Shown piece by piece: positions 49,516-59,136 of a DNA stretch of 64,000 nt. The notes below the pieces were generated by a model, which ran no database searches, had not been told where the DNA came from, and saw only the letters and a program-made list of their open reading frames with translations. A program made the position numbers and the translations under genes. The stretch's first letter is position 1. The number at the start of each line of letters is the position of its first letter. This DNA is from Tubiluchus corallicola (lineage: Eukaryota > Animalia > Priapulida): assembly GCA_030141605.1 (NCBI GenBank), contig JAQGDQ010002391.1, forward strand, positions 1 through 64,000, written 5' to 3'.

Positions 49516-52500
49516 TTAAAAGTTTATATTAACACCTAATTGGTATGTAGTAACAGCAGGAGCATAATTACTAGAAGTTGCACCAGCCCACTCAGGGTCA
49601 AAACCGTCATACTTCGTAAATACAAACGGATTAGTAATATTGCAATACACCCGCAAATACGACATGCCCAAACGCTCTGCTCTTGCCCTTGGGAAGGTAT
49701 ATCCTAAAATTATATTTTGTACTCTTATAAAAGATACATCTTTGTAGTTTCCAATTCCGTAACCTCTATCAGTTACTATAAGGCCTGCACCATCAAGCTT
49801 TGCCCTTCCCCAATACGGATCATCTTCTGCAAGTAATGGCAATGGAGCTTCATTAGAAGGATTTTCTGGTGTCCAATAGTTATGATTCAACGTATTTCTT
49901 GATCTATAAATTAAGTCATTGTGAAACCAGCTAAATTCTTGTGATCCTTGCTCTGTGTATATGTAGGCTGAAACGTCAAAATTTTTATAGGTAAATTTGG
50001 TATTTAAGCCTCCTGTCCAATCTGGTATAGGAGTACCTATAACTACTCTATCATTTTCATCTATCTTGCCATTACCATCTAAATCTTTGACCTTAACATT
50101 TCCTGGCTTCGCACCGTACTTTGCTGCTTCTTCTTCCTCATCTAACTGCCAAATACCATCAAAAACATAAGTATAATTAACCTTTACAGGCTGCCCAATA
50201 AACCATTGGTTAGCAATATCATCTTGTTCGCCGTTAATAGTCTCTACTATTTCATTTTTATTTCTGGCAAAGGTGACGGTGGCTTCCCAACTAAAATCTT
50301 TTGTTTTCAGAATAATGCCACGTAGCAGTAGTTCTATTCCCTTGTTTCTCACAGAACCTACATTGTCTGTTATAGTTTCCCAACCTATGGGTGCTGGCAA
50401 GTTTCTATCTATAAGCAAGCCATCAGAGAGTCTATTGTACAAATCTACTGACCCTCCAATTCTATTTTTAAGAAAGCCATAATCTATACCAAGGTTTACT
50501 TCTTGTGTTCTTTCCCAAGTAAGTTGATTATTAACAATTCCTGTAGGGCCAAACCCTTTTGAAAGTGTGCCGTCAAAATCATAAAAAATTTCTTGCTGTG
50601 CAGACAGGCTTGTTGTATAAGGAGCTATATTGTTATTGCCCGTAGAACCGTAGCTTAATCTAAGTTTCAAATTAGAAATAGCATTTATATCTTTAAGAAA
50701 ATCTTCTTCACTTGCTCTCCAAGCCAATGCTGCTGAGGGGAAAAACGCCCATTTGTGCCCTTCTGCCAGTTTAGAAGAACCATCCCAACGTCCTGATAAG
50801 GTAAGCATATATTTTCCAAGCAGTTCATAGTTGAAACGCCCCATAAATGAGACAAGAGTGCTTTTTTCATAAGAACTACTTAAATTTGTTCTATCCGAAG
50901 CACTTCCTATATCGTAAAAGGATGTCTCATAAGGCAAATTTCTAACTTCTGTAAAATAAGATTCTCTCTCGTCTAAGAAAAGGCTGTTCAGTAAAGTTCC
51001 CTGTATATTATGGATACTACCTATTTTCTTTTGAAAATCTAATTGATTGTCCCAAGTGTAGTTAAATTTATAGCCATTGTCTATTCTTGCACGGGTACGT
51101 TGTTGGTCTCCTTGTCCTTGTGCAGAATAAAGACCGTCCCAACGTCCTCTACGGCGGGAGTAAAGGCTGGGGGCAAAAGTTGTCTTAGCTGTTAGCCAAT
51201 CTGTAACTTCATATTTTAAAAACATATTACCCAAAACATTGGTTCTTTTATCGTTGTATGAGGTATTTTGCTCGTCTAACAGAGGATTGACAACACCCGT
51301 AAATGCTCTTGCAGGGAAAATGGTAAGCCCATTGGGTGCAGTGGGTAGGTTTGCTTCTGTTTCGTCATAGGGATGTGCAAGAGGTGGCATTCTGTATGCA
51401 TCTCTAATGGCTGATGGCCCTCCAATTTCTGATACGGAAGTTCCTATCCGTATATTCCCTCCTATAGTCCATTTGGCAGCAATATTGTGGTTAATACTTA
51501 GGTTGGTAGTGTATTTTTCCAACCAATCTTTTTCTATCAGTCCTTTGTCTTTTTGAAAACCCACACCCAGCAGGAAGGTAGTTTGTTGGTTGCCTCCGCT
51601 TACTGTTAAGTTGTGGTTGGTTTGGAATCCATTCTCTAAAATAAGTGAGGGCCAATCGTAATAATCTCCTTCTGCTATTCGCCGTTCCATTTCTTGTTCC
51701 CATTGCTCTCCGCTCCAATCTTCTGCACCATTAGTAGGGGTGCCTGTTGTTGCCCATTTTCTATATTCCCACCACTCTGCTGCGTCCATCATATTGGGCA
51801 GGTTAGTAGGCGTTTTTACACCGCAGTACCCACTATAAACTACTTTGGAGATACCTTCTTTTGCATCGCTGGCTCCTTTGGTAGTAACAATAACTACACC
51901 ATTCGAGCCTCTTGAACCATATACCGCTGTAGCAGAAGCATCCTTCAGTATGTCCATACGACTTATGTCATCAGGGTTGAGGAACTCTATGTCGTCCATA
52001 GGTATTCCGTCTACTATGAATAGAGGCGAGCCACCTGATAATGAATTTTGTCCTCTTATCTGAACGTCAAAACTTGCATCAGCTCTGGCAGAACTTCTTC
52101 CTATTTGTACTCCTGCTACTTGTCCTTGTAGTGCTTCCATTGGTGCAACTGAGCCTCTCTCTATAATGCTTTCGGACTTAACGCTACCTACTGAACCTGT
52201 GAGGTCTTCGGATTTAACAGTGGAATAGCCAATAGCGATTACCTCTTCTAAGCCTACTGCATCAAGTTGCATCACAATGTCTATTCTTGTTCGGTTTTCT
52301 ACAGAGATTTTTTGTGATAACATTCCTACGAAAGAAAATACAAGAATATCTCCTGCTTTTTGAGTTTGTATTGTATATTGTCCGTCTACATCAGTTATTG
52401 TGCCTACATCTGTACCTTCCACCTGAACAGTTACACCGGGCAAAGGAGCATTGTCATCGTCTAATACTTGCCCTGTAACACTACCTTGAGCATACAAAAC

Positions 52501-52605
52501 ATTTGTAGATGCTATTAAAATCAAGGCTAACAGCACTATACTAAGCAATGGCTTCAACAACTTCAAAGCCCAATTGCTTAAAAAGAATAGAAAAAATTGT
52601 TTCAT
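49516..52605 (-). CDS. susC: SusC/RagA TonB-dependent transporter (pectin PUL)
   Basis: LKDASATAVYGSRGSNGVVIVTTK, LTWERT, YDGFDPE, terminal GVNINF. Confidence 0.97.
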   Translation of the reverse strand: MKQFFLFFLSNWALKLLKPLLSIVLLALILIASTNVLYAQGSVTGQVLDDDNAPLPGVTVQVEGTDVGTITDVDGQYTIQTQKAGDILVFSFVGMLSQKISVENRTRIDIVMQLDAVGLEEVIAIGYSTVKSEDLTGSVGSVKSESIIERGSVAPMEALQGQVAGVQIGRSSARADASFDVQIRGQNSLSGGSPLFIVDGIPMDDIEFLNPDDISRMDILKDASATAVYGSRGSNGVVIVTTKGASDAKEGISKVVYSGYCGVKTPTNLPNMMDAAEWWEYRKWATTGTPTNGAEDWSGEQWEQEMERRIAEGDYYDWPSLILENGFQTNHNLTVSGGNQQTTFLLGVGFQKDKGLIEKDWLEKYTTNLSINHNIAAKWTIGGNIRIGTSVSEIGGPSAIRDAYRMPPLAHPYDETEANLPTAPNGLTIFPARAFTGVVNPLLDEQNTSYNDKRTNVLGNMFLKYEVTDWLTAKTTFAPSLYSRRRGRWDGLYSAQGQGDQQRTRARIDNGYKFNYTWDNQLDFQKKIGSIHNIQGTLLNSLFLDERESYFTEVRNLPYETSFYDIGSASDRTNLSSSYEKSTLVSFMGRFNYELLGKYMLTLSGRWDGSSKLAEGHKWAFFPSAALAWRASEEDFLKDINAISNLKLRLSYGSTGNNNIAPYTTSLSAQQEIFYDFDGTLSKGFGPTGIVNNQLTWERTQEVNLGIDYGFLKNRIGGSVDLYNRLSDGLLIDRNLPAPIGWETITDNVGSVRNKGIELLLRGIILKTKDFSWEATVTFARNKNEIVETINGEQDDIANQWFIGQPVKVNYTYVFDGIWQLDEEEEAAKYGAKPGNVKVKDLDGNGKIDENDRVVIGTPIPDWTGGLNTKFTYKNFDVSAYIYTEQGSQEFSWFHNDLIYRSRNTLNHNYWTPENPSNEAPLPLLAEDDPYWGRAKLDGAGLIVTDRGYGIGNYKDVSFIRVQNIILGYTFPRARAERLGMSYLRVYCNITNPFVFTKYDGFDPEWAGATSSNYAPAVTTYQLGVNINF

Positions 52606-52632
52606 AGTAAAATAATTTTAACAAATAAAGTT

Positions 52633-54087
52633 TTAAACAGTCTGTACAGTTTGCAATAGGTGCAGTATTTTATTGTTTTGTATTTGTTGTATGTTTTTAG
52701 TTATTGTTTCTTTAAGTTGGTTGATTGTATTAAGATTGTCGCCCCAAAGGGTTCGATTGGCTAATACATTCTCTACCAGTTTATATATTTCTATCTCTTT
52801 TCTTTCATATTGTAGCCACTGGTTCTTAAAGAATGTTATTACCTCTTTATCGTCATTTAAAGGTATTTGCTTTGTGCTATATTCCCCTTTGTAAAAAAGA
52901 ATGAGGCACGATAGAGAGAATACAATTCGCTTAGGTAATGTTCCTGTTTTACCAACATATTTTTTTAAAGAGGGCAATACTCGTGCTTTGAATTTAGAAA
53001 TAGAATTAAGAGATATACTTGCCAAATAGTGTTTTACATAGGGGTTTCTAAAACGGTCTAATACATCATTTGCAAAAGTTTTTAATTCTTCTTCTGAGAG
53101 ATGTAAAGTGGGTATTATTTCTTCAAATATTACTTGTTTTACGTACTCACCAAGTATAGGATGCTCTACAGTTTCTCTCACGGTCTCTACACCGCTGAGG
53201 TAAGCCACAGGCACCATAACAGTATGTGCCCCATTGAGTATTCTCACTTTGCGAGTTCTATAAGGGGTAAGGTCGTCTGTAAATATTACGTTCAAACCGC
53301 ATCTGTCTAAAGGAAATTCTTCTTTAACCTTTTCTGGTGCTTCTATTACCCATAGGTGAAATTGCTCGCCTTCTACTACCAGTTTATCTTCATAGCCTAA
53401 CTCTTGGGTTATTTCTGCTATTCTTTCCTTAGGATAACCCGGCACTATTCTATCCACCAAAGTGTTGCAAAAAGTATTTGCTTTTTCTATCCACTGAAAA
53501 AAATTTTCTTCTAAATTCCATTTTTCGGCATATTGTAATACTATCTTCTTTAAGTTTTCTCCGTTTTCTTCTATAAGTTCGCAAGGAAGAATAATAAAGC
53601 CTTTATTCGCATCGCCTTTAAAGGTTTTATATCTTCGGTAAAGCAACTGTGTAAGTTTTGCGGGAAAACTCTTAGGAGGAGTGTCTTGTAAAGCATCTTT
53701 CGAATTATAACTAATACCCGCCTCAGTAGTGTTGGAAATAATATACCGGATATTGGTGTCGTCAGCTAATTTTAAATACTTTTGATGCTGTGTATAAGGG
53801 CTAAGGATCTGTTGTATGCAGTCTATTATTTTATGTTCGCTTACTGGCTTACTGTTTTTTATACCTCTTGAATAAAGGGTATATAGTCCGTCTTGTTTGT
53901 TCAAAACATCTGCCAATCCTTGTTCTATAGGTTGCACCACAATTACCCCCGCATCAAAACCGACCTTCTCATTGGCTTTATCTATCATCCAATCTACAAA
54001 AGCACGAAGAAAATTGCCTTCCCCAAACTGTATTACTTTGTTGGTAAGTTTTTTTCTTTTAATTAGGCTATTATTCAGTTGTTCCAT
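52633..54087 (-). CDS. uxaB: Altronate oxidoreductase (tagaturonate reductase)
   Basis: QFGEGNFLRAFVDW, SNTTEAGI, LVDRIVPGYP, RKVRILNGAHT. Confidence 0.97.
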   Translation of the reverse strand: MEQLNNSLIKRKKLTNKVIQFGEGNFLRAFVDWMIDKANEKVGFDAGVIVVQPIEQGLADVLNKQDGLYTLYSRGIKNSKPVSEHKIIDCIQQILSPYTQHQKYLKLADDTNIRYIISNTTEAGISYNSKDALQDTPPKSFPAKLTQLLYRRYKTFKGDANKGFIILPCELIEENGENLKKIVLQYAEKWNLEENFFQWIEKANTFCNTLVDRIVPGYPKERIAEITQELGYEDKLVVEGEQFHLWVIEAPEKVKEEFPLDRCGLNVIFTDDLTPYRTRKVRILNGAHTVMVPVAYLSGVETVRETVEHPILGEYVKQVIFEEIIPTLHLSEEELKTFANDVLDRFRNPYVKHYLASISLNSISKFKARVLPSLKKYVGKTGTLPKRIVFSLSCLILFYKGEYSTKQIPLNDDKEVITFFKNQWLQYERKEIEIYKLVENVLANRTLWGDNLNTINQLKETITKNIQQIQNNKILHLLQTVQTV

Positions 54088-54094
54088 TTAATTT

Positions 54095-55741
54095 TTAAAG
54101 TGATATTCCCTGTTTCCAAGGGATAAAATCGTCTTGTTGTAGCAATGTTGCTTTTGGGCTGACTTCTCCACTAGCCACTTTTATTACAAGGTCTAACAGG
54201 TCTTTACCTTTATTTTCAATTGTGTTCTTGCCTGTTATAATAGAACCTGTATCAAAGTCTATAATGTCGTGCATTTTTTCAAACAATTGCGTATTGCTAG
54301 ATACTTTCACCGTAGGGACTATGGGATTACCCGTAGGAGTGCCAAGGCCTGTGGTAAATAGTATAAGATTGGCACCTGAACCTGCCAAAGCTGTAGTTGA
54401 TTCCACATCGTTACCCGGTGAGCATAATAGACTTAAGCCCTGCTTAGTTACCTGCTCTGTGTAATCTAATACATCTACTACTGGCGATGTGCCTCCTTTT
54501 TTGGCTGCTCCTGCTGACTTCATCGCATCAGTTATTAGTCCATCTTTTATGTTACCCGGCGAAGGATTAGCTGCGAAACTTGTACCTACTTCTTCTGCTT
54601 TTTTGTTGTAGTCTTTCATCAATTGAGAGAACTTTTTCGCCTTGTTTGCGGACACACATCTGTTTATAATATTTTGTTCTACACCGTTCAATTCGGGAAA
54701 TTCAGAAAGGATAACACTTCCCTCTAAGGCTACTACAAGGTCGGAAGTGTAGCCCACTGCTGGATTAGCTGATATACCCGAAAACCCATCAGACCCACCA
54801 CATTCTACTCCTATACACAGCTTAGAGAGTGGAGCAGGTTTTCTTTCTATTTTATTGGCTTGAATCAACCCTATAAAGGTTTTTTTTACTGCCTCAGCTA
54901 TCAAAATATTTTCATTTTTATACTGCAGTTGCTCTAAATAGTATATAGGCTTGTCCATATCTGGCGACACTTTTTTAAGGGTTTTCTGCATCATTGGTAT
55001 TTGTGCATTTTGACAACCTAAACTAAGTATGGTAGCTCCTGCTACGTTAGGATGAGCAATATAACCTGCTAACAAATTGCATAGTGCTTGAGCGTCTTCT
55101 CTTGTTCCTCCACAGCCTCCCTCGTGAGTAAGATATTTTATACCATCTACATTGGGGAATATTTTATTTCTTTTGCTTTGAAATGGGGTATGATTAAGAA
55201 TATTTAGTTTATTGATTTTTTCTACGTTAGCAGAATTCTTATACTCGTTTATCAATGTATCTACATCAACGTTATCTTCCTTGCCATATCCCAGTTTGTT
55301 ATTTATTATCCGTTGTATTTCCAAAATATTACGATTCTCACAAAAGACCAATGGTATGACCAACCAATTATTGCTTGTGCCAACCTTTCCATCTTTTCGG
55401 TGATAGCCATTGAATGTAACATTTTCCCATTGCGATACATCTGGTGGCTGCCACTTGTATTGTGTGTTTTTTATTTCAAATCGACTGGAATGATGCTCTG
55501 TGTTGTCTATGCTTATTCGTTCTCCTTTTTTAATATCTTTTTTCGCCACTCCTACTATTAAGCCATACATATATATATAACTACCTTTTTCTATATCTTC
55601 TATGGCAAACTTGTGTTTTTGTGGAATGTCGTCTAATAGTGTAATTGCAGTATTAGCTATTGTTATATTACAAGCCTTAGATAAATCTTCAAGAGCAACA
55701 TATACATTGTCTTTCAAGTCTATTTGTAAGTATGGTTTCAT
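54095..55741 (-). CDS. uxaA: Altronate dehydratase
   Basis: N-terminal SAF domain, HEGGCGG, ECGGSDGFSGISANP, NPSPGN..DGL. Confidence 0.96.
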   Translation of the reverse strand: MKPYLQIDLKDNVYVALEDLSKACNITIANTAITLLDDIPQKHKFAIEDIEKGSYIYMYGLIVGVAKKDIKKGERISIDNTEHHSSRFEIKNTQYKWQPPDVSQWENVTFNGYHRKDGKVGTSNNWLVIPLVFCENRNILEIQRIINNKLGYGKEDNVDVDTLINEYKNSANVEKINKLNILNHTPFQSKRNKIFPNVDGIKYLTHEGGCGGTREDAQALCNLLAGYIAHPNVAGATILSLGCQNAQIPMMQKTLKKVSPDMDKPIYYLEQLQYKNENILIAEAVKKTFIGLIQANKIERKPAPLSKLCIGVECGGSDGFSGISANPAVGYTSDLVVALEGSVILSEFPELNGVEQNIINRCVSANKAKKFSQLMKDYNKKAEEVGTSFAANPSPGNIKDGLITDAMKSAGAAKKGGTSPVVDVLDYTEQVTKQGLSLLCSPGNDVESTTALAGSGANLILFTTGLGTPTGNPIVPTVKVSSNTQLFEKMHDIIDFDTGSIITGKNTIENKGKDLLDLVIKVASGEVSPKATLLQQDDFIPWKQGISL

Positions 55742-55757
55742 AATTTACTATTACATT

Positions 55758-55804
55758 TGTGTTCGCACACACTTTTGTTTTTCAATAAAATGTGTTCGCA
55801 CACA
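55758..55804. promoter_or_regulatory. Tandem LacI-type operators upstream of uxaA
   Basis: Two identical near-palindromes TGTGTTCGCACACA at 55758-55771 and 55791-55804. Confidence 0.8.
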
Positions 55805-55813
55805 AATATATTT

Positions 55814-55845
55814 CAAAGATAATATGAAGATGTACAAGATGCAAA
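55814..55845 (-). promoter_or_regulatory. uxaA operon promoter
   Basis: Minus strand TTTG (55842-55845), 20 nt spacer, TATCTTTG (55814-55821); matches the Bacteroidota consensus. Confidence 0.8.
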
Positions 55846-56143
55846 TAAAAAGTTGTTTTTTTGCATCCTTAAAATAATAAGGTGCTATTTATCAGCGTGT
55901 TAAAAAATTGCATTTTTTTTACTTATAAATCAATATTTAGTTTTTCAAATTTCACTATCAGTAAGTTGATAATAATAATTTCTATATTTGTTTTTTTGAA
56001 ATTTTTAACCACAAATAAATACATAGTTGTTGGAAGAAGGTAATGCAGTGTTTTTGATAAAAAATTAGTTCTAACAAGACATTTACCTTTGTTGGTATAA
56101 CATACTTTTTCATCAACTTTTATGCTATTTTCTTTAAATATAA

Positions 56144-57220
56144 ATTGTTATTAATACTAAAAAGAATAACATACGAATAAAGGACATTGCTAAACTGGCA
56201 GGAACTTCTGCTGGTACAGTGGATAGGGTGCTGCACAATAGAGGTAAAGTAGATAAAAACATTCAAGAAAGAATTAAAAAAGTTCTGGATGAACTAAATT
56301 TTAAACCCAATGCTTTGGCACAAGCGCTAGCTTCTTCTAAGAAAACCTATCATATTATATGTATTATTCCCAGACCTATTATTACAAATGGCTATTGGAA
56401 ATCAATAAAAAAGGGAGTTGTAGAGGGGGTAGATAGTATGAAGGATTTCAATTTAAATGTTGAGATATTGCTTTATAACACAGATAATGCCAATGATTTT
56501 GAACGGGCAGGTCAGAAGGCTATTGAAAAAAACCCTAGGGGTATTTTATTAACTCCTCTTTTTAAAAAAGAGTCGCTTGCTTTTTTAAAAGAATGCGAAA
56601 AATCATCTATTCCGTATAGCTTCATTGATACAAATATTAATGGTGTTAGCAATATTAGTTTTGTTGGACAAAACCCTATTCAAAGTGGAAAAACAGCTGC
56701 CAAACTTATCAACTATGGGCTTCCTGAAAATGGGAAAATTCTTGTTCTTAGTATTGCTACAAATAAAGCTATAAAACACCTCTCAGATAGAGAAATAGGA
56801 TTTAAGTTGTTTTTTAATGAAAACAAACTTACTTACAACTTTATTTCTAAAAATATTAAAACCATAGAGGAAGATAAACTTCACAAAGAATTGAATGTGG
56901 TTTTTAATAGGCATAAAGATATTTGTGCAATGTTTGTTCTTAATTCTCAAGTGTGGAGAGTTGCTAAATATTTAGAAGATAATAAGATTAATAATATTAG
57001 AGTTATAGGATACGACACAACTAAACCAAATTTAAAATACCTTAAAAAAGGTTTTATTGATTTTCTCATTTCTCAGTCCTCTAACTATCAAGGAAAAAAA
57101 GCCTTACGTACAATGGTAGATTATATAATTTTGAAAAAAGAAGTAAAAAAGATTTATTATACTCCTATTGATGTTATTTTAAAAGAAAATGTAGACCTGT
57201 ATTTAAAAAGAGAGCTATAA
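56144..57220 (+). CDS. LacI family transcriptional regulator (UxaR-like); start codon uncertain
   Basis: The frame extends 5' of the called GTG through IRIKDIAKLAGTSAGTVDRVLHNRG (LacI HTH) to an in-frame TAA at 56141-56143; divergent from uxaA. Confidence 0.9.
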   Translation: MVINTKKNNIRIKDIAKLAGTSAGTVDRVLHNRGKVDKNIQERIKKVLDELNFKPNALAQALASSKKTYHIICIIPRPIITNGYWKSIKKGVVEGVDSMKDFNLNVEILLYNTDNANDFERAGQKAIEKNPRGILLTPLFKKESLAFLKECEKSSIPYSFIDTNINGVSNISFVGQNPIQSGKTAAKLINYGLPENGKILVLSIATNKAIKHLSDREIGFKLFFNENKLTYNFISKNIKTIEEDKLHKELNVVFNRHKDICAMFVLNSQVWRVAKYLEDNKINNIRVIGYDTTKPNLKYLKKGFIDFLISQSSNYQGKKALRTMVDYIILKKEVKKIYYTPIDVILKENVDLYLKREL

Positions 57221-57368
57221 ACCTTGACAATAAAATAATACTTTATTAAAAAAACACATTAATCTCTTGTTATAGTTTTATTGAAAGGTATAATTGCAGA
57301 TAAGTATTTTTTATTGTGTCTCCAACTTACTTTCCTTTATTATAAAAATTCCTATTAGTTATGGGATA

Positions 57369-57398
57369 AAGTCAAATAAATTTTCATTTATTTGACTT
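57369..57398. terminator. Hairpin downstream of the second susD
   Basis: Perfect 13 bp inverted repeat aagtcaaataaat-tttc-atttatttgactt. Confidence 0.7.
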
Positions 57399-57431
57399 AC
57401 TGAAAAGAACATAGACAATATTCTTTCCCAT

Positions 57432-59105
57432 TTATTTATAACCAGAATGTTGCTCTAAATAACCTTGGCTTAAATCAATTTCATTTTGAGGGATAGGTAT
57501 ATACTCGTGTTTCCCTTTTGTAAAGGAAGCACCATTAAGGTAACTTCTAACATCTTTTTCTTGGTCGAAATAAGCATTCATAACCTCTTCAGCTATCTTC
57601 CAACGCACAAGGTCGAAAAAGCGATGTCCTTCCATTGCAAATTCTAAACGACGTTCCCTTCGAAGTGCTTTTATAGCAGCCTCCTTATCTGCAAAAACTC
57701 CATAGGGTTCAATAGCGTAGTTAGCAGCATCTTTTCCATCTTTTGCCTTTACAGTAGTGGAATTTTGAGTTCTCTCGCGTATTTCATTGATAAGCAATCT
57801 TCCGCCTTCCAAATCATTAGTCTCTATCAAAGCCTCTGCCTTCCAAAGCAATACATCGGCATAGCGAATAATATAGTAATTCAACGCACTTACGTGGGGC
57901 CATATAGGTAAATTGTGAGCCGATTTCCTAGACACTATCCTTTTTTTAGGACCATAAGGGCCATATGTAGTTGCCTCACGTGCCCAACTTTCTTGATAAA
58001 GAGTATCCATATCCTTATACATTATACCGGGACGTCCCAAAGTATGGTCTATGCGAGGGTCTAAATTACCTCCATAATCACTATCCATAACCTCCGTTTG
58101 GTATTCATCTATTGGAAACCCATCCCCATCTGTCTTAAAAGCACATAGTAAATTTTGAGAAGGACGGTGAAAGCCAATCTTAGGGTAAGGACCTCCTGGA
58201 CCTGAGAGTCTGTCACCTACAGAACCATTGTTATTGCTTGGAGCACCATCTTGTATAGAATGTTGCACTGCAAAAACAGATTCTTTACTATTATTATGCT
58301 CAGGCATATATATATGTTCAAATTCTTCTAAAAGCCCATACTCTCCACTATTTATAACCAAATCAGCATATTCACTAGCCTTATCCCACTCTTCTCTATA
58401 AATAGCAAGTTTGCAAATATAGGCATTAGCAGCACCCTTAGTAGCCCTACCTGCATCGCTTAAATCGGAAATAGACTCTAAGCTATCTGCTGCATGTTGA
58501 AAATCTTCCTCTATTTTATCCCAAACTTTATCAGGCGTAAACTCTGTATTTGACACTTTCGTAAGTTCCTCCAAGGTTGCTCTCTTTTCATCTACATAAG
58601 GTACTTGATAATAAATCTTCCTCAATTCAAAATGATAATGCCCGCGTAAGAAACGTAACTCTCCTATACGTTGTTTTTTTTCATCCTTTGAAAAATCAGT
58701 AGAGGCTTCTAAATAGCGTAACGCTTCATTGGTGCGATAAATTCCATTCATTAAGGCTTTCCATTTTCTATTAACATCCAAAAGAACTGAGGTAATAGCA
58801 AATATTTCTAAATTATGTACATCTGCCTGATCGCCAACTCCGCCCCCACCCTTATAACAGTCGTCTGACATTACATCTCCAAATGACCAATTAGAAGCAG
58901 GAGAATTAAAAGCATCTGCACCTTCATCTATCTGACCATTCAAAGCACTGTAAGCACCAATAATAAGCCCTTCTATTTGGTTTTTTCCCAACATATTATC
59001 AGGAAGTAATTCACCTTGTGGTGCAAGGTCTAAAAAACTTTTACGACATCCTATTAACACCCCTATAAATATTAATAATAAAATTAGGTATTTAAATTTT
59101 TTCAT
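57432..59105 (-). CDS. susD: SusD/RagB family lipoprotein (second pair)
   Basis: GCRKSFL, GELRFLRGHYHF, IRYADVLLWKAEA, ERRLEFAMEGHRFFDLVRW. Confidence 0.96.
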   Translation of the reverse strand: MKKFKYLILLLIFIGVLIGCRKSFLDLAPQGELLPDNMLGKNQIEGLIIGAYSALNGQIDEGADAFNSPASNWSFGDVMSDDCYKGGGGVGDQADVHNLEIFAITSVLLDVNRKWKALMNGIYRTNEALRYLEASTDFSKDEKKQRIGELRFLRGHYHFELRKIYYQVPYVDEKRATLEELTKVSNTEFTPDKVWDKIEEDFQHAADSLESISDLSDAGRATKGAANAYICKLAIYREEWDKASEYADLVINSGEYGLLEEFEHIYMPEHNNSKESVFAVQHSIQDGAPSNNNGSVGDRLSGPGGPYPKIGFHRPSQNLLCAFKTDGDGFPIDEYQTEVMDSDYGGNLDPRIDHTLGRPGIMYKDMDTLYQESWAREATTYGPYGPKKRIVSRKSAHNLPIWPHVSALNYYIIRYADVLLWKAEALIETNDLEGGRLLINEIRERTQNSTTVKAKDGKDAANYAIEPYGVFADKEAAIKALRRERRLEFAMEGHRFFDLVRWKIAEEVMNAYFDQEKDVRSYLNGASFTKGKHEYIPIPQNEIDLSQGYLEQHSGYK

Positions 59106-59136
59106 TTTAGTTCATATTTTTTTAATTGTATTTTTT

